In this document: positions 29,192-36,632 of the stretch, one piece after another | How the letters are laid out: every line of letters starts with the position of its first letter | How positions within the stretch are numbered: the stretch's first letter is position 1 | Source of the DNA: an uncultured Atribacterota bacterium | Lineage (GTDB): Bacteria; Atribacterota; Phoenicimicrobiia; Phoenicimicrobiales; Phoenicimicrobiaceae | Direction of reading: 5' to 3' | NCBI GenBank assembly: GCA_964438695.1 | Contig: CAYTKP010000003.1 | Coordinates: 1 to 54,172 of the forward strand | DNA: 54,172 bases | The notes under the pieces: generated by a model | Seen by the model: only the letters and a program-made list of their open reading frames with translations | What the model was told of the DNA's origin: nothing | Database searches by the model: none | Translations under genes and position numbers: made by a program

Positions 29192-29220
29192 TTGACATTC
29201 CATATTTAGCGTATTATTAT
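29192..29220 (+). promoter_or_regulatory. near-consensus sigma70 promoter for nrdR-nrdD
   Basis: TTGACA (29192-29197), 17-bp spacer, TATTAT (29215-29220). Confidence 0.6.
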
Positions 29221-29243
29221 AAATATAAGCCTATATATGGGGG
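29197..29243 (+). promoter_or_regulatory. candidate tandem NrdR boxes
   Basis: ATTCCATATTTAGCGT (29197-29212) and AGCCTATATATGGGGG (29228-29243) each match the recalled NrdR-box consensus acaCwAtATaTwGtgt at about 11/16. Centres are 31 bp apart, overlapping the promoter spacer and the 5'UTR. Confidence 0.4.
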
Positions 29244-29249
29244 TAAAAA

Positions 29250-29696
29250 ATGAAATGCCCATTTTGTGATTATGGCGATACCGGAGTTATTGAATCCAGG
29301 CAAATAGAAAATGAATCTGTAGTCAGAAGGAGAAGGATTTGTAAGAAATGCAATAGGAGATTTACTACTTATGAGAGAATAGAATTAATTCCTTTAATGG
29401 TAGTAAAAAAAGATGGACGTAGAGAGCCTTTTTCTCGCGAGAAGATTACTAATGGCATTATTAAGGCCTGCGAAAAGAGACCTATTAGTATAGAAACTAT
29501 TAATAAATTAGTAAATAAGATTGAAGAAAAATTAAAAAATGAAACTCCAGATGAAGTAAGTAGTAGTATTATTGGAGAATTAGTTATCTCTGAATTACGA
29601 ACATTAGATGAAGTAGCCTATGTGAGATTTGCTTCTGTATATAGACAATTTAAAGACGTAAATAGTTTTGTAAAAGAGATAAATAAGCTTACCTAA
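29250..29696 (+). CDS. nrdR: transcriptional repressor NrdR
   Basis: MKCPFC...CKKC zinc ribbon followed by an ATP-cone (VVKKDGRREPFSREKI). Confidence 0.95.
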   Translation: MKCPFCDYGDTGVIESRQIENESVVRRRRICKKCNRRFTTYERIELIPLMVVKKDGRREPFSREKITNGIIKACEKRPISIETINKLVNKIEEKLKNETPDEVSSSIIGELVISELRTLDEVAYVRFASVYRQFKDVNSFVKEINKLT

Positions 29697-29749
29697 CCAT
29701 AAAATATTAATTCAATATTGCAACTGCATTTAGAATTGGGGGATACAAG

Positions 29750-32194
29750 GTGCTAAAATCAATTATAAAAAGAGAAGGCAATATCGTAGAGTTCAATGAA
29801 AATAAGATAACTTATGCAGTATTAGCCGCGATGCAATCAGTTGGGGAGAAAGATCAGGATGTTGCAAAAAAAATTACTGAACAAGTAGTTAATAAATTAG
29901 AAGAAATTTATAAAGATAAAATTCCTCAGGTGGAAGAAGTTCAAGATGTAGTAGAAGAGACTTTGATTAGGGGAGGAATGGCAAAAGTTGCCAAAGCCTA
30001 CATATTATATCGAGATAAGAGACGTAGAATTCGAGAAAAATTAAAAGTGAGGAAAAAAATACAAAATCATAGAAGTACAACTGATATCTCTTTATTAGTT
30101 TCCACAACAACTTCTGAAAATATTTCCCCTTGGAATAGACAGAAAATCATTCAAGCTCTGACAAAAGAAGCGGAGTTGCCCTTAAATATTTCCAGAAGTA
30201 TTGCCAAAGCAGTAGAAGAAAAAATATTTGACTTAGATTTAAATGAGATATCTACTTCCTTGATTAGGGAATTAGTGGATAATGAATTGTTTATTCGAGG
30301 ATATGAACATAAATGGAAAAAACAAAAGGTTATAGGAATGCCTACTTATGATTTGACCCAGCTCTTTTTCTCTAAAACTAAAGAGAATAGTAATATAGGA
30401 AATAATAATCCAGAAGCTATTAATTTAGCTATCGCTGAAAATACTATTAAGCAATATATGTTACAAGAAGTATTTTCGCGGGAAGTAGCTCAAGCTCATT
30501 TAAAAGGCTGGATTCATATTCATGATTTAGGTTACCCCCGAATTTATTGTTCCGGTCATTCACTTGAATATTTAAAAAAATATGGTCTTGAGTTAGATAA
30601 TCTGGATACCTCTTCCGCACCAGCAAAACATACCCGAACTTTAACTGGGCACTTGAATACGTTTCTAGCTTCAATGCAGGCGTATTATGCAGGTGCATTG
30701 GGCATTGGGTATTTGAATATTATGTATGCCCCCTTTTTAGTAAATTTATCTTTTAAGGAGATAAAACAGGAAGCCCAATATTTAATTTTTAGTGGCTCAC
30801 AAAATGCTTTTTCCAGAGGGGGGCAAAGTCTTTTTCTTGATTTCAATGTCCATCTTGGTATCCCGGACTACCTTAAAGATGTTCCGGCAATTGGACCTGG
30901 AGGAAAGTATACTGGAAAGAATTATGGGGAATATGAGAAGGAATCTCAATTATTTTTAAAGGCTTTAATGGAGGTCTGGAGAGAAGGTGATTGCCACGGA
31001 AAGGTATTTGCTTTTCCCAAAATGGACTTGCATATTGATAATGATTCTTTTCGGGACCCTGAGCAGAAAAAATTATTAAAATATGCTTGTCAGATAGCTT
31101 CGGAAAATGGATCGCCATATTTTATTTTTGACAGAGATGATATAAGTATGGCAGCCTGTTGTAGGTTGAAAACCAAAATAACAGACAAAGAAATGATATT
31201 AAAACCTGAAAAATTAAGATTTGCAGGGATACAAAATGTTACTATTAATTTACCTCAGTGTGCCTATAGAGCCTTTTGCAATGTAGAAGCTGTTGAAGAG
31301 AACTTTAAGGATAATGGTCAAAAAAAGAGTCTTGATTTATTTTTTAAAAAAGTTGATCAAGCCATTAAATTAGCAATTCAAGCACATCTAGAGAAAAAAG
31401 ATTTTTTGAAAGCGATGATGAAAAATCCAAATGGTCCTTTATGGCAGATAGGTAAGATAGCAAAAGATGGAAGTCCTTATGTAGATTTAGATAAGGGAAC
31501 TTACTTAGTAGGCTTGATTGGACTAAATGAGGCTGTTCAATATCTTATAGGTGAGGAATTACATGAGAGTGAAAATGCCTATAAACTAGGATTAAAGATT
31601 ATATCATTTATGAGTTTAAAATGTAGCGAATATAGTGAGAAGTATAATTTAAAATTGTCTTTAGAAGAATCTCCTGCTGAAAGCGCAGCTGGAAGATTAG
31701 CTAAAATTGATTTACAAGAGTTTCCGGAAAGCAGAAAAGTTATAAAAGGCAATCCTGAAATTGATGAATGTTATTATACTAATAGCATTCATTTTGCTGC
31801 TTCAGCTCAGATAGATTTAATAACTCGAATCATTAAACAAAGTAAATTTCATCCCTTGATTAAAAGTGGGGCAATAATTCATGCTTTTGTAGGGGAACAC
31901 CAACCTTCCCCCGAAAGCATATATAATTTAGTCAAAAAAGTTTGGGAGCATACTCAATGTTCGCAACTTACTATTTCCCCTGAATTTACCGTATGTAATT
32001 TATGTAATAAAGTAAGCAGAGGGCTAATAGAGAATTGTAGTAATTGTGGGAGCCAGGATGTGTATGGAATTACCAGGATAGTGGGTTATTTTAGTAAAAT
32101 ATACAATTGGAATAAAAATAAAATTGGTGAACTAAAAGATCGACATTCTGGAAATTATAGAGTAGATACACAAAAAAAAGAAATTTATTTATAA
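29750..32194 (+). CDS. nrdD: anaerobic (class III) ribonucleoside-triphosphate reductase
   Basis: Two N-terminal ATP-cone-like segments. C-terminal Zn ribbon CNLCNK...CSNCGS, followed by the glycyl-radical motif TRIVGYFS. GTG start after GGGGGA. Confidence 0.9.
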   Translation: MLKSIIKREGNIVEFNENKITYAVLAAMQSVGEKDQDVAKKITEQVVNKLEEIYKDKIPQVEEVQDVVEETLIRGGMAKVAKAYILYRDKRRRIREKLKVRKKIQNHRSTTDISLLVSTTTSENISPWNRQKIIQALTKEAELPLNISRSIAKAVEEKIFDLDLNEISTSLIRELVDNELFIRGYEHKWKKQKVIGMPTYDLTQLFFSKTKENSNIGNNNPEAINLAIAENTIKQYMLQEVFSREVAQAHLKGWIHIHDLGYPRIYCSGHSLEYLKKYGLELDNLDTSSAPAKHTRTLTGHLNTFLASMQAYYAGALGIGYLNIMYAPFLVNLSFKEIKQEAQYLIFSGSQNAFSRGGQSLFLDFNVHLGIPDYLKDVPAIGPGGKYTGKNYGEYEKESQLFLKALMEVWREGDCHGKVFAFPKMDLHIDNDSFRDPEQKKLLKYACQIASENGSPYFIFDRDDISMAACCRLKTKITDKEMILKPEKLRFAGIQNVTINLPQCAYRAFCNVEAVEENFKDNGQKKSLDLFFKKVDQAIKLAIQAHLEKKDFLKAMMKNPNGPLWQIGKIAKDGSPYVDLDKGTYLVGLIGLNEAVQYLIGEELHESENAYKLGLKIISFMSLKCSEYSEKYNLKLSLEESPAESAAGRLAKIDLQEFPESRKVIKGNPEIDECYYTNSIHFAASAQIDLITRIIKQSKFHPLIKSGAIIHAFVGEHQPSPESIYNLVKKVWEHTQCSQLTISPEFTVCNLCNKVSRGLIENCSNCGSQDVYGITRIVGYFSKIYNWNKNKIGELKDRHSGNYRVDTQKKEIYL

Positions 32195-32219
32195 TAAATT
32201 AGAAAGGGCTAAAAGTATT

Positions 32220-32483
32220 ATGAAAGTAAAAATATTCTGGCAAAAAAATTGCCCTAATTGTCCAAAGGCTAAAAAATTAGGAAAACAGTTAGAAGAAAAA
32301 AATATATTAGTACAATATTTTGATGTAAATACAGTCGATGGATTAACTGAGGCTTGTTTATATGATATTTTATCTACCCCTTCTTTGGTAATTACCGACA
32401 AAGATGATAATGAGATTAAAGCATGGAAAGGTCAGGTTCCTTTTTTAGAAGAGATTGTAAAGGAAGTAGTTTATCAAAAATGA
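32220..32483 (+). CDS. small thioredoxin/glutaredoxin-fold protein (CPNC active site)
   Basis: 87 aa with the pattern KIFWQKNCPNCPKAK...STPSLVI, as in thioredoxin-fold redoxins. Wedged between nrdD and nrdG. Confidence 0.6.
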   Translation: MKVKIFWQKNCPNCPKAKKLGKQLEEKNILVQYFDVNTVDGLTEACLYDILSTPSLVITDKDDNEIKAWKGQVPFLEEIVKEVVYQK

Positions 32484-33190
32484 TAATAAAGAGAATGATT
32501 GATACTTCGCTAATCGATTGGGAGGGTAAAATTGTATCCACCTTATATGTATCTTCTTGTAATTTTCGCTGCCCCTTTTGCTATAATTATGATTTAGTAT
32601 TAAATCCTAATAATTTCTCCAATATCTCCTCCAAAGAAATAGATAGTTCTCTCCTGGAGAGAAAAAAATTTATCGATGGTATATGTATGAGTGGTGGAGA
32701 GCCTACATTATATCCAGATTTACCTACATATTTTAAAGGAATCAAGGAAAAAGGATTTTTAATTAAGTTAGATACTAATGGTACGAATCCTAAATTATTA
32801 GAAGAACTTTTAAATGATGAGTTAATAGATTATATTGCTATGGATATCAAGTCCTCACTGAATTTTAGTGATTATGCCAGGGCAGCTGGCATCAAAGATA
32901 AAATATTATTAGAGAGAGTAAAAGATAGTATTAGATTAATTATGAGCTCGCAAATTGAATATGAATTTCGTACTACTGTTGTTCCTTTGTTACATACGGA
33001 AAAGACTATTATAGAAATTGCTAAATATATTTCAGGGGCAAAGAAGTATGTCTTGCAGAATTTTTCTCCTTCAGAAAGTACCCTTGAACCTTCTTTTCAA
33101 AAGATGAAGCCTTATTCCAGTGAAAAGCTCGTAGAACTGTCTGAGAAGGCTAAAGAGTACGTTCCTAATTGTTATTATAGATTAAGTTAG
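32480..33190 (+). CDS. nrdG: anaerobic RNR activating enzyme (radical SAM)
   Basis: SLIDWEGKIVSTLYVSSCNFRCPFCYN (CxxxCxxC) and GGEPTL. ATG 32480 forms an ATGA overlap with the upstream stop; the ORF-track start at 32423 was rejected. Confidence 0.85.
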   Translation: MIIKRMIDTSLIDWEGKIVSTLYVSSCNFRCPFCYNYDLVLNPNNFSNISSKEIDSSLLERKKFIDGICMSGGEPTLYPDLPTYFKGIKEKGFLIKLDTNGTNPKLLEELLNDELIDYIAMDIKSSLNFSDYARAAGIKDKILLERVKDSIRLIMSSQIEYEFRTTVVPLLHTEKTIIEIAKYISGAKKYVLQNFSPSESTLEPSFQKMKPYSSEKLVELSEKAKEYVPNCYYRLS

Positions 33191-33379
33191 AAAATTTAGT
33201 AATTAATAAATCGTTAGTGAATATTGTTTAGAGTTGAATACGAGTTTTCAGTTAGCAGTTTTGGTTTTTTATTTCATTAGTAGTCGAATTTATCTGACCA
33301 GTATTTTGCGAATTTTATAAATTAAATTCTTGCAACAAACTGATCCTTACTGTTAAGCTTAAGCTGAAATTTAATAGCG

Positions 33380-33543
33380 GTCTTTATTGAGAAAAAAATA
33401 AAGAAGTCGAAGAGGTAAAATGCTAAAGTATCTAAACTATAAGGTAAAGCGAACATTACCTTATAGAAGGCTGGAAAGTTTTTTAATAAACACCGAAGGG
33501 GTAATTTTCAATATTTTGGAAAAATCTCTCAGGTAAAAAGATA
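33380..33543 (+). promoter_or_regulatory. glycine riboswitch: one well-conserved aptamer preceded by a degenerate or ghost aptamer
   Basis: Aptamer at ~33467-33543: CTGGAAAG (33471), CACCGAAGGGGTAA (33491-33504), P3 hairpin TTTTC/GAAAA, and CTCTCAGGTAAAAAGA (33526-33541). These match the GGAGAG / CACCGAAGGGGCAA / CUCUCAGGCAAAAGGAC core. Upstream there is a degenerate copy (GTCGAAGAGGTAA 33406-33418; CTATAAGGTAAAGCGAAC 33437-33454) and an 11-bp hairpin (33437-33466). Confidence 0.7.
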
Positions 33544-33581
33544 GGGTAAAGAAATTTTGTGGAAATTTCTTTACCCTTTTT
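33544..33581 (+). terminator. riboswitch expression-platform terminator
   Basis: Perfect 14-bp stem GGGTAAAGAAATTT/AAATTTCTTTACCC plus TTTTT. Its 5' arm abuts or overlaps the 3' end of the aptamer, consistent with a glycine-ON design. Confidence 0.75.
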
Positions 33582-33614
33582 AATTTAAAAAATTTTTAGA
33601 AAGGAAGAGATAGT

Positions 33615-34442
33615 TTGAACCGAAATTTTAAGTTAGAAGAATCTGGACAAATAAAATATCTAAAATGTAGACCATTAGATAACACCGACTTGGTAATCAA
33701 TGCTTTTACCACTCGCTTGGGTGGAGTAAGTAAATATCCCTTTGATAGCTTGAATTTATCTTATAATATTGGCGATAAAGAGAGTTGTGTTGTAGAGAAC
33801 AGAGAGATAATTGCTAATATTTTGGGTATCAGTTATCGAAATATTGTATCTGCACAACAAATTCACAGAGATAAAATAACTGTGGTTAGAGAAGAAGATA
33901 AAGGAAGAGGAGCTTTCAAATATACTAAGGCTTTAGCAGAAACTGATGCTTTAATTACCAATGTCTCTAGAATTCCGCTTTTAATGTGTTATGCTGATTG
34001 TGTACCAATTTTTATCTTAGATCCCATCAAGAAAGTTATTGGATTAATCCATAGTGGAAGGAGAGGGACGGAACTGCAAATAACTTCAAAGACCTTAAAT
34101 AAGATGCAAGAAATATTTGACACAAATCCTCAATCTTGCTTAGCTGCTATTTTTCCTTCCATTGGTCCGTGTTGTTACAAGATTAAAAATCAAAGTCGAA
34201 TTAATGATTATTGGATGAACAAGAATAATTTTAGCCATAAAATAGTCTCTATACAAAACGAAAATGAACTAAGCCTTGATTTAAAAAAAGCAAATTATTT
34301 ACAGCTAATCAAAGGTGGAATAGAAAAAAAGAATATTTTTGTTAATGAAATTTGTACAGCAGATTATCCAAAACTTTTCTTCTCTTACCGAAGAGATAAA
34401 GGAAATACAGGCCGTATGGCTGCTATCTTTATGTTAAAATAA
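33615..34442 (+). CDS. pgeF: YfiH/PgeF (YlmD) family protein: peptidoglycan editing factor / purine nucleoside phosphorylase-laccase domain
   Basis: FTTRLGGVS, SLNLS, AQQIHRDK, DALITN, CYADCVPI and IHSGRRG motifs of DUF152/YfiH. TTG start after AGGAAGAG. Confidence 0.8.
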   Translation: MNRNFKLEESGQIKYLKCRPLDNTDLVINAFTTRLGGVSKYPFDSLNLSYNIGDKESCVVENREIIANILGISYRNIVSAQQIHRDKITVVREEDKGRGAFKYTKALAETDALITNVSRIPLLMCYADCVPIFILDPIKKVIGLIHSGRRGTELQITSKTLNKMQEIFDTNPQSCLAAIFPSIGPCCYKIKNQSRINDYWMNKNNFSHKIVSIQNENELSLDLKKANYLQLIKGGIEKKNIFVNEICTADYPKLFFSYRRDKGNTGRMAAIFMLK

Positions 34443-34467
34443 ATTTATAAAAATAGGGGGATAGAGT

Positions 34468-34773
34468 ATGCGAATAAAAGAACATCCTATCTTAGAGTTT
34501 AATCCAGGGAGAAAAATAAGATTTTATTTAGACGGAAAAGAGATGGAAGGCTACGAAGGAGAACCAATTGCTTCCGCCATAGTTGCTGCTGGAGTAAAGG
34601 TATTAAGTAGGAGTATTAAGTATCATCGACCTCGAGGATTCTTTTGTGCTATAGGCAAATGTTCATCTTGTCTAATGAAAGTAAATGGCATCCCTAACGT
34701 AAGGACTTGCGTAACTAAATTGGAAGAAGGGATGAAGATTGAGACTCAAAAAGGGAAAGGTGATTTCAATTGA
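34468..34773 (+). CDS. (2Fe-2S)-binding subunit (SoxA N-terminal / HcnA-like)
   Basis: 101 aa with YHRPRGFFCAIGKCSSCLMKVNGIPNVRTCVT, the Fer2_4-type cysteine pattern. Confidence 0.7.
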   Translation: MRIKEHPILEFNPGRKIRFYLDGKEMEGYEGEPIASAIVAAGVKVLSRSIKYHRPRGFFCAIGKCSSCLMKVNGIPNVRTCVTKLEEGMKIETQKGKGDFN

Positions 34774-35873
34774 AAGAGACTGATATATTAATTATCGGAG
34801 GAGGCCCAGCAGGATTATCGTCAGCAATTTATGCAGCCTCTTTAGGAGCGAAAATAACCTTAATTGATGACGGTTTAGAATTGGGTGGTCAATTGATCAA
34901 GCAGACCCATAAATTTTTTGGTTCGGAGGCACAGTTTGCGGGGATTAGAGGAATAGAGATTGCTAAAAAATTGATTCAGGAAATCGAAAAATATGGAAAT
35001 ATTGAACTGATTACCAATTCAACTGTCACTGGATATTACGAAGATGAGGTTATTACCATTGTCCAGGGAATCGATGGCAGTGTATTAAAAAAACTAAAAG
35101 CCAAAAGAATTATTGTCGCTACTGGTGCCTCAGAAAATATGCTACCTTTTTTAAATAATGATTTGCCAGGAGTCTATGGAGCTGGGGCTGTCCAAACTCT
35201 AATGAATCTTTACGGGGTAGTCCCAGGGAATAATGTTTTGATGATAGGAGCAGGTAATATAGGTTTAATTGTCAGTTATCAACTTTTGCAAGCAGGGATT
35301 AAAGTAGCAGCAGTTGTGGAGGCTCTCCCCCGGATAGGTGGTTATCTGGTTCATGCCTCCAAAATCAGGCGTTTAGGGGTGCCTATATATACTTCTTGTA
35401 CCTTAAAAGAAGTGTATGGAACAAATTGTGTAGAAAAGGCAGTAATTTCTGAGATTAACAAAAATTATGAATTTATACCGGGAACAGAAAGAGAGCTCGA
35501 AGTAGATACTATTTGCCTGGCTGTGGGGCTATCTCCGCTTTCTGATCTCCTCTGGCAGGCTGGTTGTCAGATGAAGTATATTCCTGAGCTCGGTGGTTAT
35601 GTTGCTCTAAGGGATGAAAATATGAAAACAACCAAAGATAACATTTATATTGCCGGTGATGTTGCCGGGATTGAAGAAGCTAGCAGTGCTATGTTAGAAG
35701 GGCAAATTGCTGGCTTGAATGCAGCTGTTAGCTTAGGATTAAAATGTGGTAATTATCTAGAGCGAAATAGAAAATTAAAGGAAGAATTAGGGGCATTGCG
35801 GGCTAACCCTTTAAGCAAGAAGATAAAGGTAGGAATAAAAAAAGCTTTAATTAAGGGGGAGGGGGATTGGTAA
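34770..35873 (+). CDS. FAD/NAD(P)-binding pyridine nucleotide-disulfide-family oxidoreductase subunit
   Basis: DILIIGGGPAGLSSA (FAD), VLMIGAGNIGL (NAD) and IYIAGDVAG. TTG start overlaps the upstream stop (TTGA). Confidence 0.75.
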   Translation: MKETDILIIGGGPAGLSSAIYAASLGAKITLIDDGLELGGQLIKQTHKFFGSEAQFAGIRGIEIAKKLIQEIEKYGNIELITNSTVTGYYEDEVITIVQGIDGSVLKKLKAKRIIVATGASENMLPFLNNDLPGVYGAGAVQTLMNLYGVVPGNNVLMIGAGNIGLIVSYQLLQAGIKVAAVVEALPRIGGYLVHASKIRRLGVPIYTSCTLKEVYGTNCVEKAVISEINKNYEFIPGTERELEVDTICLAVGLSPLSDLLWQAGCQMKYIPELGGYVALRDENMKTTKDNIYIAGDVAGIEEASSAMLEGQIAGLNAAVSLGLKCGNYLERNRKLKEELGALRANPLSKKIKVGIKKALIKGEGDW

Positions 35874-36370
35874 TGTTAGAAAGAACTGGAATTCCTACTG
35901 AGGATGATTTAAAGAAAGTAATTCCAGATAAAGAAAGATTGGCGAAAGGACCAGTAGTTATAGTAGAATGTTTCCAGAAGATACCCTGTAATCCTTGTGC
36001 CATATCCTGTAAATTTGGGGCAATAAAACCATTTGAGGACATTAATGATTTACCTCAGGTTGATTTTGATAAATGTACTGGTTGCGGAATCTGCATTAGT
36101 TCTTGTCCCGGTCTTGCCATATTTGTGATAGATGAAAATTATTCAGACAAAGAAGCTTTAATTAAATTGCCATATGAAATGTTACCCTTACCCCAAGAAG
36201 GAGAAGAGGTTTATGCTTTAGATAGAGCTGGGGAAGTAGTTGATAAGGTTAAAGTAGTAAAGGTTCAAAAGATTAAAAATAAGACCAACATAATTTCTAT
36301 ATTAGTTCCCAAAAATATGTCAATGACAGTTAGGAGTATAAAAGTGGAGGGTAAAAATAATGAAGGATGA
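35867..36370 (+). CDS. 4Fe-4S ferredoxin-domain subunit
   Basis: CNPCAISC and CTGCGICISSCP cysteine motifs. Overlaps both neighbours, suggesting translational coupling. Confidence 0.65.
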   Translation: MVMLERTGIPTEDDLKKVIPDKERLAKGPVVIVECFQKIPCNPCAISCKFGAIKPFEDINDLPQVDFDKCTGCGICISSCPGLAIFVIDENYSDKEALIKLPYEMLPLPQEGEEVYALDRAGEVVDKVKVVKVQKIKNKTNIISILVPKNMSMTVRSIKVEGKNNEG

Positions 36371-36632
36371 TGTCATAATTTGCCGATGTGAAGATATAAC
36401 CTGGGGGGAAATAAGAAGGGCATTAGAAAAAGGTTATACTACTCTCGATGAAATAAAAAGAATTACTCGAGCTGGTATGGGAAGGTGTCAGGGTAAAACT
36501 TGTCAGAGGATCATACTTAATGAAATTGCCAAATTCTGTCATAAAAAAATAGACGAATTGCCTATATCTACCTTTAGACCTCCTACCAAACCAGTGAAAT
36601 TAGGAACCTTGGCAGGTGATGATGATGATTAA
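36360..36632 (+). CDS. BFD-like (2Fe-2S)-binding small subunit
   Basis: ICRCEDIT ... GMGRCQGKTC pattern of BFD-like [2Fe-2S] domains. Confidence 0.7.
   Translation: MKDDVIICRCEDITWGEIRRALEKGYTTLDEIKRITRAGMGRCQGKTCQRIILNEIAKFCHKKIDELPISTFRPPTKPVKLGTLAGDDDD

Noticed and set aside
29697-29749. CAATATTG palindrome between nrdR and nrdD, considered as a possible NrdR box
   Set aside because: It is 2 bp shorter than the box core, the flanks do not match, and there is no partner box at 31-32 bp.
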